From: Mycobacteriales bacterium
GTDB lineage: Bacteria; Actinomycetota; Actinomycetes; Mycobacteriales; QHCD01
Length of the DNA stretch: 64,000 nucleotides
NCBI GenBank assembly: GCA_040414495.1
Contig: JBEDUI010000239.1
Location: 11,501-75,500 of the forward strand
Direction of reading: 5' to 3'
Both the position numbers and the translations under genes were made by a program. The notes beneath the pieces were generated by a model. The model saw only the letters and a program-made list of their open reading frames with translations, made no database searches and was not told the origin of the DNA. Shown piece by piece: positions 51,456-60,870 of this stretch (position 1 is the first letter of the stretch; each line of letters opens with the position of its first letter).

Positions 51456-52354
51456 AGCAGCGTCCCGATTCCGCCGTGGCTACCGGCCCAGGCGCGGAAC
51501 GAGATCATCAGCTCGTTCCACCACCCGCCGACGATGAGAATTCCCAGCACCAGCAGCAATGCGCCGCCGAACCGGGTGACCCACATGGCGTGCCGCCGTA
51601 CCGCCCCGAACGCGCCAACAACCCACCGGAACCCGAACGCGGCCAGCACGAACGGCACGCCCAGCCCGATGCAATATGCGACCGAAAGGAACGCGCCGCG
51701 ACCGGCGCTGGCGCTGGAGAACGCCAGCGTCTGCACCGCGCCGAGGGTCGGGCCGATGCACGGCGTCCACCCGAGCCCGAACAGCACGCCCAGGATCGGT
51801 GCGCCGACCAGGCCGGTCTGCGGCAGCCGGTGAATGCGGAACTCCCGTTGCATCCCGGGAATCAGGCCGATGAACGCCAGCCCGAGCACGATCGTGACCC
51901 CGCCGAGGATCCGTTCGATCAGGTTCTGGTGCACGTAGAGGGCCCGGCCCAGCCCGCCGAACGCCGCGCCGTAGGAGACGAAGACCGCGGTGAAGCCGAG
52001 TACGAACAACCCCGCGCCGGCGAAGGTACGCCAGCGGCTGGTCGAGCGGCGGACCTTCGGTTTGGTGACCTGCTTGGTCGCGACCGCGACCCCGCCGCCG
52101 GCCTCAGCCGTGACCTCGGCACCGCTCTGTTCCGCGACTTCGCCGGCGGTCTGGCCGTCTTCAGCGTCCACTGTGGACTGCTCCGAGCCGGCCAGCCCGG
52201 TCACATAGGACAGATAGCCCGGCACCAACGGCAGTACGCACGGCGAGAGGAAGCTGACCAGCCCGGCCAGCGCGGCGACCAGGGCACCCACGACCAACGG
52301 GCCATCGATGACGGTGTGCGCGAACGTCGTTCCCACCCCGGACGCGACGTTCAC
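51452..52354 (-). CDS. ccdA: Cytochrome c biogenesis thiol-disulfide transporter CcdA (DsbD-like core) with enlarged loop
   Basis: FLSPCVLPLVPGY and GWTPCIGPTLG are the two conserved Cys motifs. There is an extra acidic/Ala-rich loop at about 52028-52186. Confidence 0.9.
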   Translation of the reverse strand: MNVASGVGTTFAHTVIDGPLVVGALVAALAGLVSFLSPCVLPLVPGYLSYVTGLAGSEQSTVDAEDGQTAGEVAEQSGAEVTAEAGGGVAVATKQVTKPKVRRSTSRWRTFAGAGLFVLGFTAVFVSYGAAFGGLGRALYVHQNLIERILGGVTIVLGLAFIGLIPGMQREFRIHRLPQTGLVGAPILGVLFGLGWTPCIGPTLGAVQTLAFSSASAGRGAFLSVAYCIGLGVPFVLAAFGFRWVVGAFGAVRRHAMWVTRFGGALLLVLGILIVGGWWNELMISFRAWAGSHGGIGTLL

Positions 52355-52962
52355 CGCTCCGCCAACAATGGTCCGGCGACCTTGCTCAGGTCGTTGTCCA
52401 ACAGCGAGGAGAGGTACACCCCGGCGACCCGGCCCTTGCGGTCCAGCAGGATCGTCGAGGGGATCGCATTCGGGTTGAAGTTACGGAAGGTCAGCGCGGC
52501 CCGGCCGTCGGGGTCCCAGAAGCTCGGGTACGTGATGCTCTTGCCGGAAAGGAACGACTCCGCGTCGGACTTGGTGTCCTTCACATCCACGCCGACGACC
52601 TGGAGTCCGCGGGCCTTGTCCTTCGCGTACACCTTCTGCAGATCCGGCGCCTCGACCCGGCACGGCGCGCACCACGAACCCCAGAAGTTCAACGCCACGA
52701 CCTTGCCGCGGTAGTCGCTCAGCTTGGCCGATTTGCCGTCCAGCAGCGTGCCGGCGAAGGTCGGGGCCGCCTTGCGCTTGCTGACCGGGATCAGCTCGCC
52801 CTTCTTGTTGGCCGAGACGAACCGGAATTGGCCGGCCGCGTTCTGGTCGACGGCGTCGCTACCGGTCGAGCAGCCAGCCACGACCAAAAGCGCTACGGCA
52901 GCAAGCGCCAGCAGCGTTTTGGGGCCTCTGGCGCGACGGAACAGTACAGCAGCTCGGCGCAT
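52351..52962 (-). CDS. TlpA/ResA-like thioredoxin-fold thiol-disulfide oxidoreductase lipoprotein
   Basis: Lipobox LVVAGC and active site WGSWCAPCRVE. Confidence 0.9.
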   Translation of the reverse strand: MRRAAVLFRRARGPKTLLALAAVALLVVAGCSTGSDAVDQNAAGQFRFVSANKKGELIPVSKRKAAPTFAGTLLDGKSAKLSDYRGKVVALNFWGSWCAPCRVEAPDLQKVYAKDKARGLQVVGVDVKDTKSDAESFLSGKSITYPSFWDPDGRAALTFRNFNPNAIPSTILLDRKGRVAGVYLSSLLDNDLSKVAGPLLAER

Positions 52963-53156
52963 CGCCGTCCAGTGTGACGGTCGCGTAGTCCGCGATTTGC
53001 TTGGGGGTCACTACACCGCAAGGCGGAGGTGGGGTTATCTGTCCCCGTCTGCCGGGGATGCCGGATTCCGGCGCGCGGCCACAGTCGATCGGGCGCCGGT
53101 TATCACCCGGAACGTCGTTCCTGTGAATCCGTTTTTACGCACTCGTGTTAGCTGAA

Positions 53157-53789
53157 TTACGCGCCCTTGCTGGCCGAGGCCGGGGTCGGGCCGGCCGGCT
53201 CGGTGTAGTCGATCTCGATCAGCCGGTCATCGTCGTACACCAGGCTGGTGACCGAGGCCAACGCGCACTGCCGCTTGCGCGGGTCGTGCCACAGGTGCTT
53301 GCCCTCGAGCTTCAGCCGGGTGACCCAGATCGCCAGCTGATGGCTGACGCAGACCGCCTCGTGTCCGCGTGCGGCCGCGCGGGCCGCCCCCACCGCCTCA
53401 AGCATCCGGCGGGCGATGTGCGAATACGGCTCACCCCAGGACGGCCGGAACGGGTTGTAGAGCTTGGTCCAGCTGCGCGGGTTCCGCAGCACGCCATCGC
53501 CGACGCCGAACTTCTGCCCCTCGAACGCATTGCTGGGCTCGATCAACCGCCCGTCCAATGCGACCTCCAGGCCGCTGGTCGCGGCCAGCGGCGCGGCCGA
53601 TTCCTGCGCCCTTTCCAGCGGGCTCGACACCAGGTAAGTAATGTCGCGTGTGGACAGTTCGCGGGCCGCTTTCTCCACCATTTCCTTGCCGGCGGCGCTC
53701 AGGTGGTAATCCGGCAACCGTCCATAAAGGATTCGCTGCGGATTTTCCACCTCACCATGACGAAGCAGGTGTACGACCGTTTTGCTCAT
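53157..53789 (-). CDS. Histidine phosphatase (phosphoglycerate mutase) family protein
   Basis: MSKTVVHLLRHGEVENP (RHG motif). The ATG at 53789 is chosen because the upstream ORF-track extension is Arg-rich. Confidence 0.85.
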   Translation of the reverse strand: MSKTVVHLLRHGEVENPQRILYGRLPDYHLSAAGKEMVEKAARELSTRDITYLVSSPLERAQESAAPLAATSGLEVALDGRLIEPSNAFEGQKFGVGDGVLRNPRSWTKLYNPFRPSWGEPYSHIARRMLEAVGAARAAARGHEAVCVSHQLAIWVTRLKLEGKHLWHDPRKRQCALASVTSLVYDDDRLIEIDYTEPAGPTPASASKGA

Positions 53790-53836
53790 CGGGCGCCTTC
53801 CGGGCTGGTTTCGGCAGCGACTGTCACACGGGGATT

Positions 53837-55153
53837 TCAGGAAGAATGCACCGCGGCCGCGGCCTCGGCCGCTTTCGGCAGCGCGGCGGCGATCCGGCCC
53901 AACGCCTCGGCATCGTGCGCGGCGGAAAGGAACCACGCCTCGTACGAGGACGGCGGCAGATATACGCCCTGGGCCAGCATGGTGTGGAAGAACGCGGCGA
54001 ACGCCTCGGTGTCCTGCTTGCGGGCGTCGTCGTAGTTGCGTACCTCGTCGGCGGTGAAGAACACCGAGAACAGGCTGCCGGCGTTCTGCACCCGGTACGG
54101 CACGCCGGCGGCGTTCAACGCGTCGCCGGCCAGGCGCGCGACCTCGGAGGACGCGGCGTCGACCGCGGCGTAGACGTCCGGGTCACAGTGCCGCAACGTG
54201 GCCAAGCCGGCGGCCACCGCGACCGGGTTACCGGACAGCGTCCCGGCCTGGTACACCGGTCCGGCCGGAGCCAGGTGGCCCATCACGTCGGCCCGACCAC
54301 CGAACGCCGCGGCCGGCATGCCACCGCCCATCACCTTGCCGAACGTGAACAGGTCCGCGTCGACCGGATCCAGGCCGTACCACCCGGCCTGGCTGACCCG
54401 GAACCCGGTCATCACCTCGTCGAGCACAAGCAACGCCCCGGCCGCAGTGGTGATCTCGAGCAGCTTGGCGTTGAAATTGTCCTGCGGCGGAACGACTCCC
54501 ATGTTCGCCGCGGCCGCTTCGGTGATCACGCAGGCGATCTCGGAGCCGTACCGGTCGAACGTCTCGCGCACGGCCGGAATGTCGTTGTACGGCAGCACGA
54601 TCGTGTCGCCGGCCTGCGCCCCGGTCACCCCGGGCGTGTCCGGCAGCGCGAACGTCGCGACGCCCGACCCGGCCGCGGCCAGGAGCGCGTCGACGTGCCC
54701 GTGGTAGCAACCGGCGAACTTCACCACCTTGCTGCGCCCGGTGAAACCGCGGGCCAGCCGGATGCTCGACATCGTCGCCTCAGTGCCGGAGTTGACCAGC
54801 CGGACCTGCTCGACCGGCGGCACCCGGCCGACGATCTCCTCGGCCAACTCGATCTCGCCGGCCGACGGCGTACCGAACGACAGCCCGTGCGATGCGGCCT
54901 CGCGTACCGCCTCAACCACGGCCGGATGGGCGTGACCGAGAATCATCGGTCCCCATGACCCGACCAGGTCGACGTATTCCCGTCCATCGGCGTCGGTGAG
55001 GTAAGGACCCTTGCCGGCGGCCATGAACCGGGGCGTACCGCCCACAGCCCGGAACGCGCGTACCGGCGAATTCACCCCGCCGGGCGTCACCTTCTGCCCG
55101 CGCGCGAAGAGCTGCTGCGACGCCGGAGCCTCCTGCGAGTACGTCATGCGCAC
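53837..55153 (-). CDS. hemL: Glutamate-1-semialdehyde 2,1-aminomutase
   Basis: [22 protein letters not shown] and the PLP-Lys region FGKVMGGG; 438 aa. Confidence 0.95.
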   Translation of the reverse strand: MRMTYSQEAPASQQLFARGQKVTPGGVNSPVRAFRAVGGTPRFMAAGKGPYLTDADGREYVDLVGSWGPMILGHAHPAVVEAVREAASHGLSFGTPSAGEIELAEEIVGRVPPVEQVRLVNSGTEATMSSIRLARGFTGRSKVVKFAGCYHGHVDALLAAAGSGVATFALPDTPGVTGAQAGDTIVLPYNDIPAVRETFDRYGSEIACVITEAAAANMGVVPPQDNFNAKLLEITTAAGALLVLDEVMTGFRVSQAGWYGLDPVDADLFTFGKVMGGGMPAAAFGGRADVMGHLAPAGPVYQAGTLSGNPVAVAAGLATLRHCDPDVYAAVDAASSEVARLAGDALNAAGVPYRVQNAGSLFSVFFTADEVRNYDDARKQDTEAFAAFFHTMLAQGVYLPPSSYEAWFLSAAHDAEALGRIAAALPKAAEAAAAVHSS

Positions 55154-55389
55154 AGTCTTTCAAGGTCGTTTTGGACACGCTCACGCGGCCAGGCTTGGGC
55201 GTTTCCGCTATGTGTACGGAATCGGTATTGCGCGTTTTGCGGCGAATACCTCCGTAACCCATTTGTTGCCGGATCTCCTACCGGATCAATGCATGGGATT
55301 GCTCCGACTGGGTACGAGCAAGACACCTAGCCGGCGGTTCCGGATTGAGCTTTCTGGATCCCGAACCACATACCTCGGAGGTGAGAGCC

Positions 55390-56370
55390 GTGGCAGGACG
55401 GATGCGAGTGCCGCGGACGCGTGGAGTTTTCAGTGGTCTGCTGCTCGTGTTGCTCGGCGCCTGGGCGGCCCTGGTCGCGTTCGTTGGGCCGTATTTCCAT
55501 TACGCGTATACGCCGGACTCCACGTGGACCTACACCAGCGACCGGCTGTGGATGCAGATCCTGCCCGGCGCCGGCGCCGCGCTCGGCGGCCTGATCGTGC
55601 TGTTCAGCGCGCACCGGGCCATCGCGAGCCTGGGCGCCTGGCTGGCGGCGATTTGTGGTGCGTGGCTGGTCGTAGGACCGGTGCTCTCGACGCTGCCGGG
55701 CGTGCCGAATGTGGGTACGCCGACCGGCGGGACCACCCGGCAGGCGCTCGAAGCGCTCGGTTTCTTCTTCGGCGTGGGCGTGGCGATCGTGTTCTTCGCC
55801 GCGGTGGCGCTGGGTCGCTTCACTGTTATCGGCGTCCGGGAGACCCGGGCCCGCGAACAAGAGGAGCTGGAGGCGGAGCGTCTGGCCACAATGGACAATT
55901 CGGCGCTCGCTGCTACCGGCCTTACCAGCGGATTCGCCGATACGCCGGCGCGGTCCACAGTGGACGCTGGGCCGACGACGGGCTCGCACTGGTATCCGGG
56001 GTCCAGCCCCGGGCGTGCCGAGTCCAGCCCACGGCCTCCCGACCCGGCCGTCTCGGGGTCACCCGACGCGACCGTCCCGGTGAACCGGTCTCGGCCCGGC
56101 GGGCCGCACGCTGACCCGGCGGCTCCGACCAACCGGACCGAGCCCGGGATGGGACCTGACCCCGCTGTTCCGGTTGACCGAACCGAGCCCGGGGTCGGCC
56201 GGCACGCCGAACCGCCACCCGCCGCTGGCGACCCGAATGCGGACCGGACCACCGAACTTCCCTCGGCGCCGCCCTTGAGCGAACAGGGCGAGCAGCAGGG
56301 GTCCCGGTTCATGGACCGGCTGCGGCCGCACCATGTCGGCGCATCCTCGAACCGAAGCCACAACGACTGA
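55390..56370 (+). CDS. Four-TM membrane protein with Pro-rich disordered tail (paralog A)
   Basis: The N-terminal 150 residues or so are paralogous to the 57493-59268 product (RVPRTRGV...LLVLLGAWA...GPYF..AYTPD..WTYTS.RLW..ILPGAGA). The GTG at 55390 is preceded by ggaggtga. Confidence 0.8.
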   Translation: MAGRMRVPRTRGVFSGLLLVLLGAWAALVAFVGPYFHYAYTPDSTWTYTSDRLWMQILPGAGAALGGLIVLFSAHRAIASLGAWLAAICGAWLVVGPVLSTLPGVPNVGTPTGGTTRQALEALGFFFGVGVAIVFFAAVALGRFTVIGVRETRAREQEELEAERLATMDNSALAATGLTSGFADTPARSTVDAGPTTGSHWYPGSSPGRAESSPRPPDPAVSGSPDATVPVNRSRPGGPHADPAAPTNRTEPGMGPDPAVPVDRTEPGVGRHAEPPPAAGDPNADRTTELPSAPPLSEQGEQQGSRFMDRLRPHHVGASSNRSHND

Positions 56371-56529
56371 CCGGCACCTCAAAATGAATGGCACCTCAAA
56401 AGTCGGCGGCGCAGGGCATCTCACCCTCGCCGCCGACTTTGCTTTGATCCCGGGCTTGACCGGATGAGTTGCGACCCAGCTGAGGCGCCGAGCGGATGCC
56501 ACGTTTTCATCTGGCTGCGGCGCCGGCGT

Positions 56530-56730
56530 GTGACGCGGATACCGTTTTGATCTGGCCTGAGCACCGAAGTCGACCCGGACACCGCTTTGACCCAGCCCGA
56601 GCACCGAAGTCGACCCGGACACCGCTTTGACCCGGCCCGAGCGCCGACGTTTGACCGGGCTGACGCGTTTTGACCCGGCTGCGGCGCGGAGCTTTCACCC
56701 GGATGACTCGTTTTGACCCGCTGCAGCACC
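56530..56730. repeat. Degenerate tandem repeats (TTTGACCCGGC-type), including two exact-like 40-nt units
   Basis: gagcaccgaagtcgacccggacaccgctttgaccc(a/g)gccc at 56559-56598 and 56599-56638, with decayed copies on both sides. Confidence 0.75.
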
Positions 56731-56734
56731 CACG

Positions 56735-56795
56735 TTCATGATCATGATGGCGTACGTCAACGATCTGCGTACAAAAGCCATCACGATCACGAAAA
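56735..56795. repeat. Palindromic element, family B, copy 2
   Basis: tcatgatcatgatggc ... gccatcacgatcacga (14 of 16 bp). Shares catgatc-tga-tgg with the copies at 36691 and 57091. Confidence 0.7.
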
Positions 56796-56855
56796 TGCGC
56801 CCGCTGGCCAGTGCTCCTGCCCGCCGAGACCGGCCGCAGACCGAGCGCCGACCGG

Positions 56856-57075
56856 ACCGCGCCGAACCACCGACGAACCCCGCACTCCGGCCCACTGAAA
56901 CGGGCCACAGCGGAGCAGCGACCTGCCGAGCCGGACCGCCGACGAACCCCGCACTCCGGCCCGCTGAAACCCTCCACAAACCGAACGGCAACCAGCCGAG
57001 CCGGACCGCCGACGGACCCCGCACTCCGGCCCACTGAAACCCTCCACAAACCGAGCAGCGACCGGACCGCACGAC
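56856..57075. repeat. Tandem repeat of about 70 nt, about 3 copies
   Basis: gccgagccggaccgccgacg(a/g)accccgcactccggccc(g/a)ctgaaaccctccacaaaccga... at 56935-57004 and 57005-57074, plus a diverged copy at 56856-56934. Confidence 0.8.
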
Positions 57076-57090
57076 ATCCCGGCGGCATTT

Positions 57091-57148
57091 CCTTGATCGT
57101 GAGTCGATTTGCTACGAATTTCGATACCAAATCCACTCACGATCAAGG
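57091..57148. repeat. Palindromic element, family B, copy 3
   Basis: ccttgatcgtgagtcgattt (57091-57110) pairs with aaatccactcacgatcaagg (57129-57148), 19 of 20 bp. Confidence 0.8.
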
Positions 57149-57492
57149 TCAGGTTTGTTGCGGAAAGCCGTACATACGGGATCATCAGGCCAGATACGGT
57201 CCGAACCTCGCGCGTGAAGCAAGCCGACGGAACGTCAATCGAGCAAGTCTGACGGGGCGACGACAACCGCCTTAGATATTCGCCCAGCCGCCGCCGTATT
57301 TCATATCGATCGACGCCGAAAAGCCCTACAACAATGCGGTTTCGCCACAGCACGCCTGTCTGGGGCGAATAGGCGTTACGCGAAAGCCGGCTAACTGATT
57401 TATCTCTCAGTTACCCGCCAGCGAGATTGAGGCAGCCACCGCTTCTGGTGTTAGTTGGCGTTATGCCGGCGACCGCCAACAATGAGGTGACT

Positions 57493-59268
57493 GTGGTGAA
57501 TGCGCGAAAGCGGGTGCCCCGTACGCGAGGCGTACTTTGCGGTTTCCTGCTGGTCCTGCTCGGTGCGTGGGCCGGGCTGGCCCCGTTTATCGGGCCGTAT
57601 TTCAACTTCGCCTACACACCTGACACCAACTGGACGTACACCAGCGGCCGGCTGTGGCTGGAGATTCTGCCCGGCGCGGGGGCGTTCCTGGGCGGGCTGA
57701 TCGTCATGAGCAGCGTGCACCGCGTTTTTGCCATGTTCGGCGGGTGCCTGGCGTCGCTGGCCGGAGCATGGCTGGTGGTCGGGCCACCACTGTCGGGCAT
57801 GTACTCGATACCGCACGTAGGGACGCCTGTCGGTACGCACAAGCGCCAGGTGCTGGAGACCCTCGGGTTCTTCACCGGGCTTGGTGTGTTGATCGTCTTC
57901 CTGGCCGCGGTGGCGCTGGGCCGCTTCGCGGTCATCGGTATCCGCGAGGTCGAGGAGGCCGAGGAGGAGGCCGAAGCCGAGGAGCGGTGGTCCAGGCTCG
58001 AGGGGTACGGGACGGACGACATCGCCGGCCTTGGGCCGGCCGATTCGGACGCGGACGACTCAGAGGATGACGGGGTGGAGTGGCCGACCCGCCTGGCCAG
58101 TACGAGTTCGACCGGCGCCGGCGGGGCGAGTGCGGAGTCAACGAGTGCGGGCCTCGCTGGTGCGGGTCTGAGCGGTGCTGGCTCGACCGCTGCAGGACTT
58201 GCTGGTACGGGGCTGAGCGGTGCCGGCTCGACTGCGGCCGGGCTTGCTGGAGCCGGCCTGGCTGGCGCCGGCAAGACGGGCACGGGCCGCACCGGCGGCG
58301 GCCCGACCGGTGGGCGCTACGGCGGTGCGGGCTTTACCGGCGCCGGCAACCGCGGGGGCGACCCGGCCGGTGGCGGCATAACGAGTACCGGCTCGGCCGA
58401 TGCTGGCTCGACGGGACTTGGTCCGACCGGAGTTGCGCCGACGGGGTTTGGCCTGACTGGTGCCGGTCGCGGCGGAACCGGCGGCAACGGAATCGGCCGG
58501 AGCGGTGCCGGTATCCCCGGCGCGGGCCTGAGTGGGGGCAACCCGGCGGGCCCGCGTCCGAGCGGGGGCAACCGCGACTTCGGTACGACCGCTCGTCCCG
58601 ACGACTCCTGGTCCACCAGCGGCGGACTGCCCGCACCACGGCCGTCCACAATGGACAGCGGCCCGGACGCGACCGGTCGGATGCCGGTTCCGCGGCTCGA
58701 CGCGACCTGGCCCGGCACCGGGCGTGAGCGCTATCAGCCGACCCCACCGAGCAATCCGCAACCGCCGGTATCCCCGGATGCCTGGGCTCTACAGCATGAC
58801 TACCCGGCGGCTGACCGCGACTTCGGGACGAACGAGCCGCCCTACCGGGCCGACCACGACTTCGGCGCGACCGAATCGCCGTACCAGGCTGACCGCGACT
58901 TCGGCGCCAACGAACCGCCCTACCGATCCGATCGCGACTTCGGCGCCAACGAGCCTTCTTACCAGGCTGACCGCGACTTCGGCGCGACCGAGCCGTCCTA
59001 CCGGGCCACCACCAATACCGGCATCGACCGCGGTCGCCCGGCCGCGGACGACATGGATGACGCCACAATGGTCAGCCCGTCGCTCGGGTCCGCGTCACCA
59101 AGCTCATTGCCGCGGCCACGCAGGTGGGCCGGTTCGGTGACGATTCGGCAGCCGGCCGCGTCGTCCGACAAAGGCAGCGACAACAGCGCCGACGAGCACG
59201 ACGCGTTCATCGAAGAACTGCGCCGCCACCACGCGAGCCGCGCCGGCGAATCTCCGTACGAGGGCTGA
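57493..59268 (+). CDS. Four-TM membrane protein with long Gly/Ala/Thr- and DRDFG-repeat tail (paralog B)
   Basis: The N-terminus is paralogous to the 55390-56370 product. GTG at 57493/57496 is preceded by gaggtga; alternative starts at 57463 and 57427. Confidence 0.8.
   Translation: MVNARKRVPRTRGVLCGFLLVLLGAWAGLAPFIGPYFNFAYTPDTNWTYTSGRLWLEILPGAGAFLGGLIVMSSVHRVFAMFGGCLASLAGAWLVVGPPLSGMYSIPHVGTPVGTHKRQVLETLGFFTGLGVLIVFLAAVALGRFAVIGIREVEEAEEEAEAEERWSRLEGYGTDDIAGLGPADSDADDSEDDGVEWPTRLASTSSTGAGGASAESTSAGLAGAGLSGAGSTAAGLAGTGLSGAGSTAAGLAGAGLAGAGKTGTGRTGGGPTGGRYGGAGFTGAGNRGGDPAGGGITSTGSADAGSTGLGPTGVAPTGFGLTGAGRGGTGGNGIGRSGAGIPGAGLSGGNPAGPRPSGGNRDFGTTARPDDSWSTSGGLPAPRPSTMDSGPDATGRMPVPRLDATWPGTGRERYQPTPPSNPQPPVSPDAWALQHDYPAADRDFGTNEPPYRADHDFGATESPYQADRDFGANEPPYRSDRDFGANEPSYQADRDFGATEPSYRATTNTGIDRGRPAADDMDDATMVSPSLGSASPSSLPRPRRWAGSVTIRQPAASSDKGSDNSADEHDAFIEELRRHHASRAGESPYEG
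58810..59004 (+). repeat. In-frame 39-nt tandem repeat x5 encoding A-D-R-D-F-G-x-x-E-P-x-Y-x
   Basis: ADRDFGTNEPPYR ADHDFGATESPYQ ADRDFGANEPPYR SDRDFGANEPSYQ ADRDFGATEPSYR. Confidence 0.9.
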
Positions 59269-59318
59269 TGAGCGGACTACGGCCAGGCTCGTGCACACGG
59301 GCCCGGCCGGACCGCTCG

Positions 59319-59780
59319 CTAGGCCGGCCCCTCGATCAGAGCGGCCCGTAACGCGGCGGGGTCGCGGCACGGAACGAGAACGACCGTGCCATCGGTGAGC
59401 CGCAGCGGCATCGGCAACCGTCCTTTGGGGACAGCCATGCCGCCGCCGAGAATCCGCGCCCCGACCGGCGGTCCGCCGGCCTCGTCGTCAGCCAGATACG
59501 AATAATCCACAGTGGACAATGGCAAGGCTTCCCGGCCGACGCGCAACGTCGTGGCAGTGACCGTAACCGTGCCGAATTGCATTCGGGCGTAGCTCGCGAT
59601 GCCGATCACGCCCGCGACCGCTACGAACGCCAGCACCCAGCCGAGCAGGTGCACAGTGCGGCCCGGCAGGAACGCGTCGACCAGCACACCGACAAGGCAG
59701 AGCAGTACAACAACACCGAGCGGGCGCCAGGATGCGCCGCGCTCGGTGTAACGAATCTCGCCAACAAACTCGCCAGGCAT
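59319..59780 (-). CDS. Two-TM membrane protein with C-terminal soluble domain (DUF3093-like by recollection)
   Basis: 153 aa. Helices LGVVVLLCLVGVLVDAFL and LLGWVLAFVAVAGVIGIASY. Good codon bias. Confidence 0.7.
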   Translation of the reverse strand: MPGEFVGEIRYTERGASWRPLGVVVLLCLVGVLVDAFLPGRTVHLLGWVLAFVAVAGVIGIASYARMQFGTVTVTATTLRVGREALPLSTVDYSYLADDEAGGPPVGARILGGGMAVPKGRLPMPLRLTDGTVVLVPCRDPAALRAALIEGPA

Positions 59781-59838
59781 GTCGTTTACGGCCTGTCCCG
59801 CGGATCTTCAGCGGCGCGGATCCGCGCCCGGCCAGACC

Positions 59839-60870
59839 CTAGTCGAGCCAGCCGGCGACCTCCACCGCCCAGTAACTCAGCACGATGTCCGCGCCGGCTC
59901 GCCGGATGGCGGTCAGCGTCTCCATCACGGCCCGGCGCCGGTCGATCATTCCCGCCGCAGCGGCCGCTTCCAGCATCGCGTACTCACCGGACACCTGGTA
60001 CGCCGCAACCGGCACGTCCACCGCCTCGCGGACCTTGGCCAGCACGTCGAGGTAGGCCAACGCCGGCTTCACCATCACCGCGTCGGCGCCCTCGCCCAGA
60101 TCCAACGCAACCTCACGCAGCGCTTCGTCGACCGAACGAGCCGGATCCTGTTGGTATCCCGCCCGATCGCCGAACTGCGGGGCACCCTCGGCCGCCTCGC
60201 GGAATGGTCCGTAGAACGCCGACGCGTATTTCGCCGAATAGGCCAGAATCGGGATGTCGGCGAAATCGGCATCGTCCAGCGCGGTCCGGATCGCCGCCAC
60301 CTGGCCGTCCATCATGCCGCTGGGCGCTACGACGTGCGCGCCGGCCGATGCCTGCGCCGCCGCGATTTCGGCGTACCGCTGCAACGTCGCGTCATTGTCG
60401 ACCTGACCGTCCACACGCAACGGTCCACAGTGGCCATGGTCGGTGTATTCGCACAAACACAGGTCGGCCATAAGCACGGTGTCGTCGCCCAGATCCGAGC
60501 GCAATGCCCGCAACGCCTGGGAAATGATCCCGTCCTCGGCGTCGGCCTGGGTGCCCAGCGGGTCTTTTTCCGCTGGAATACCGAAAAGCATCAGGCCGCC
60601 GATCCCCGCGTTCACCGCGGCCGCGGCCTCTTTGCGCAGCGACTCGACCGTGTGCTGCATGACGCCCGGCATCGAGGAAACCGGCACCGGCTCGTCGATG
60701 CCTTCCTTGACGAATACCGGCAGCACCAGATCGGCCGCGCTGATCCGGGTCTGGCTGAACAGACCGCGCAACGCCGGAGTACGACGCAGCCGCCGCGGCC
60801 GTACCGCCGGAAATCCACCGGACCGGGCCGGTGGGCTGGCCGCCGCATGCCGGGCCCGTTGCCGCGACAC
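59839..60870 (-). CDS. hemB: Porphobilinogen synthase (delta-aminolevulinate dehydratase), canonical-size core
   Basis: RPRRLRRTPALRGL, DLVLPVFVKEG, CLCEYTDHGHCG, active-site VKPA and YQVSGEYAM. The GTG at 60870 gives 343 aa. The same frame stays open upstream to the ATG at 61680 (next feature). Confidence 0.9.
   Translation of the reverse strand: MSRQRARHAAASPPARSGGFPAVRPRRLRRTPALRGLFSQTRISAADLVLPVFVKEGIDEPVPVSSMPGVMQHTVESLRKEAAAAVNAGIGGLMLFGIPAEKDPLGTQADAEDGIISQALRALRSDLGDDTVLMADLCLCEYTDHGHCGPLRVDGQVDNDATLQRYAEIAAAQASAGAHVVAPSGMMDGQVAAIRTALDDADFADIPILAYSAKYASAFYGPFREAAEGAPQFGDRAGYQQDPARSVDEALREVALDLGEGADAVMVKPALAYLDVLAKVREAVDVPVAAYQVSGEYAMLEAAAAAGMIDRRRAVMETLTAIRRAGADIVLSYWAVEVAGWLD

Noticed and set aside
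56507-57353. ORFs 56507-57136 (-), 56787-57353 (-), 56738-57037 (+) and 56811-57275 (+) in the inter-paralog spacer.
   Set aside because: They are translations of tandem DNA repeats and hairpins, open in several frames on both strands, with Arg/Gly/Pro-dominated sequences and no start-site signals.
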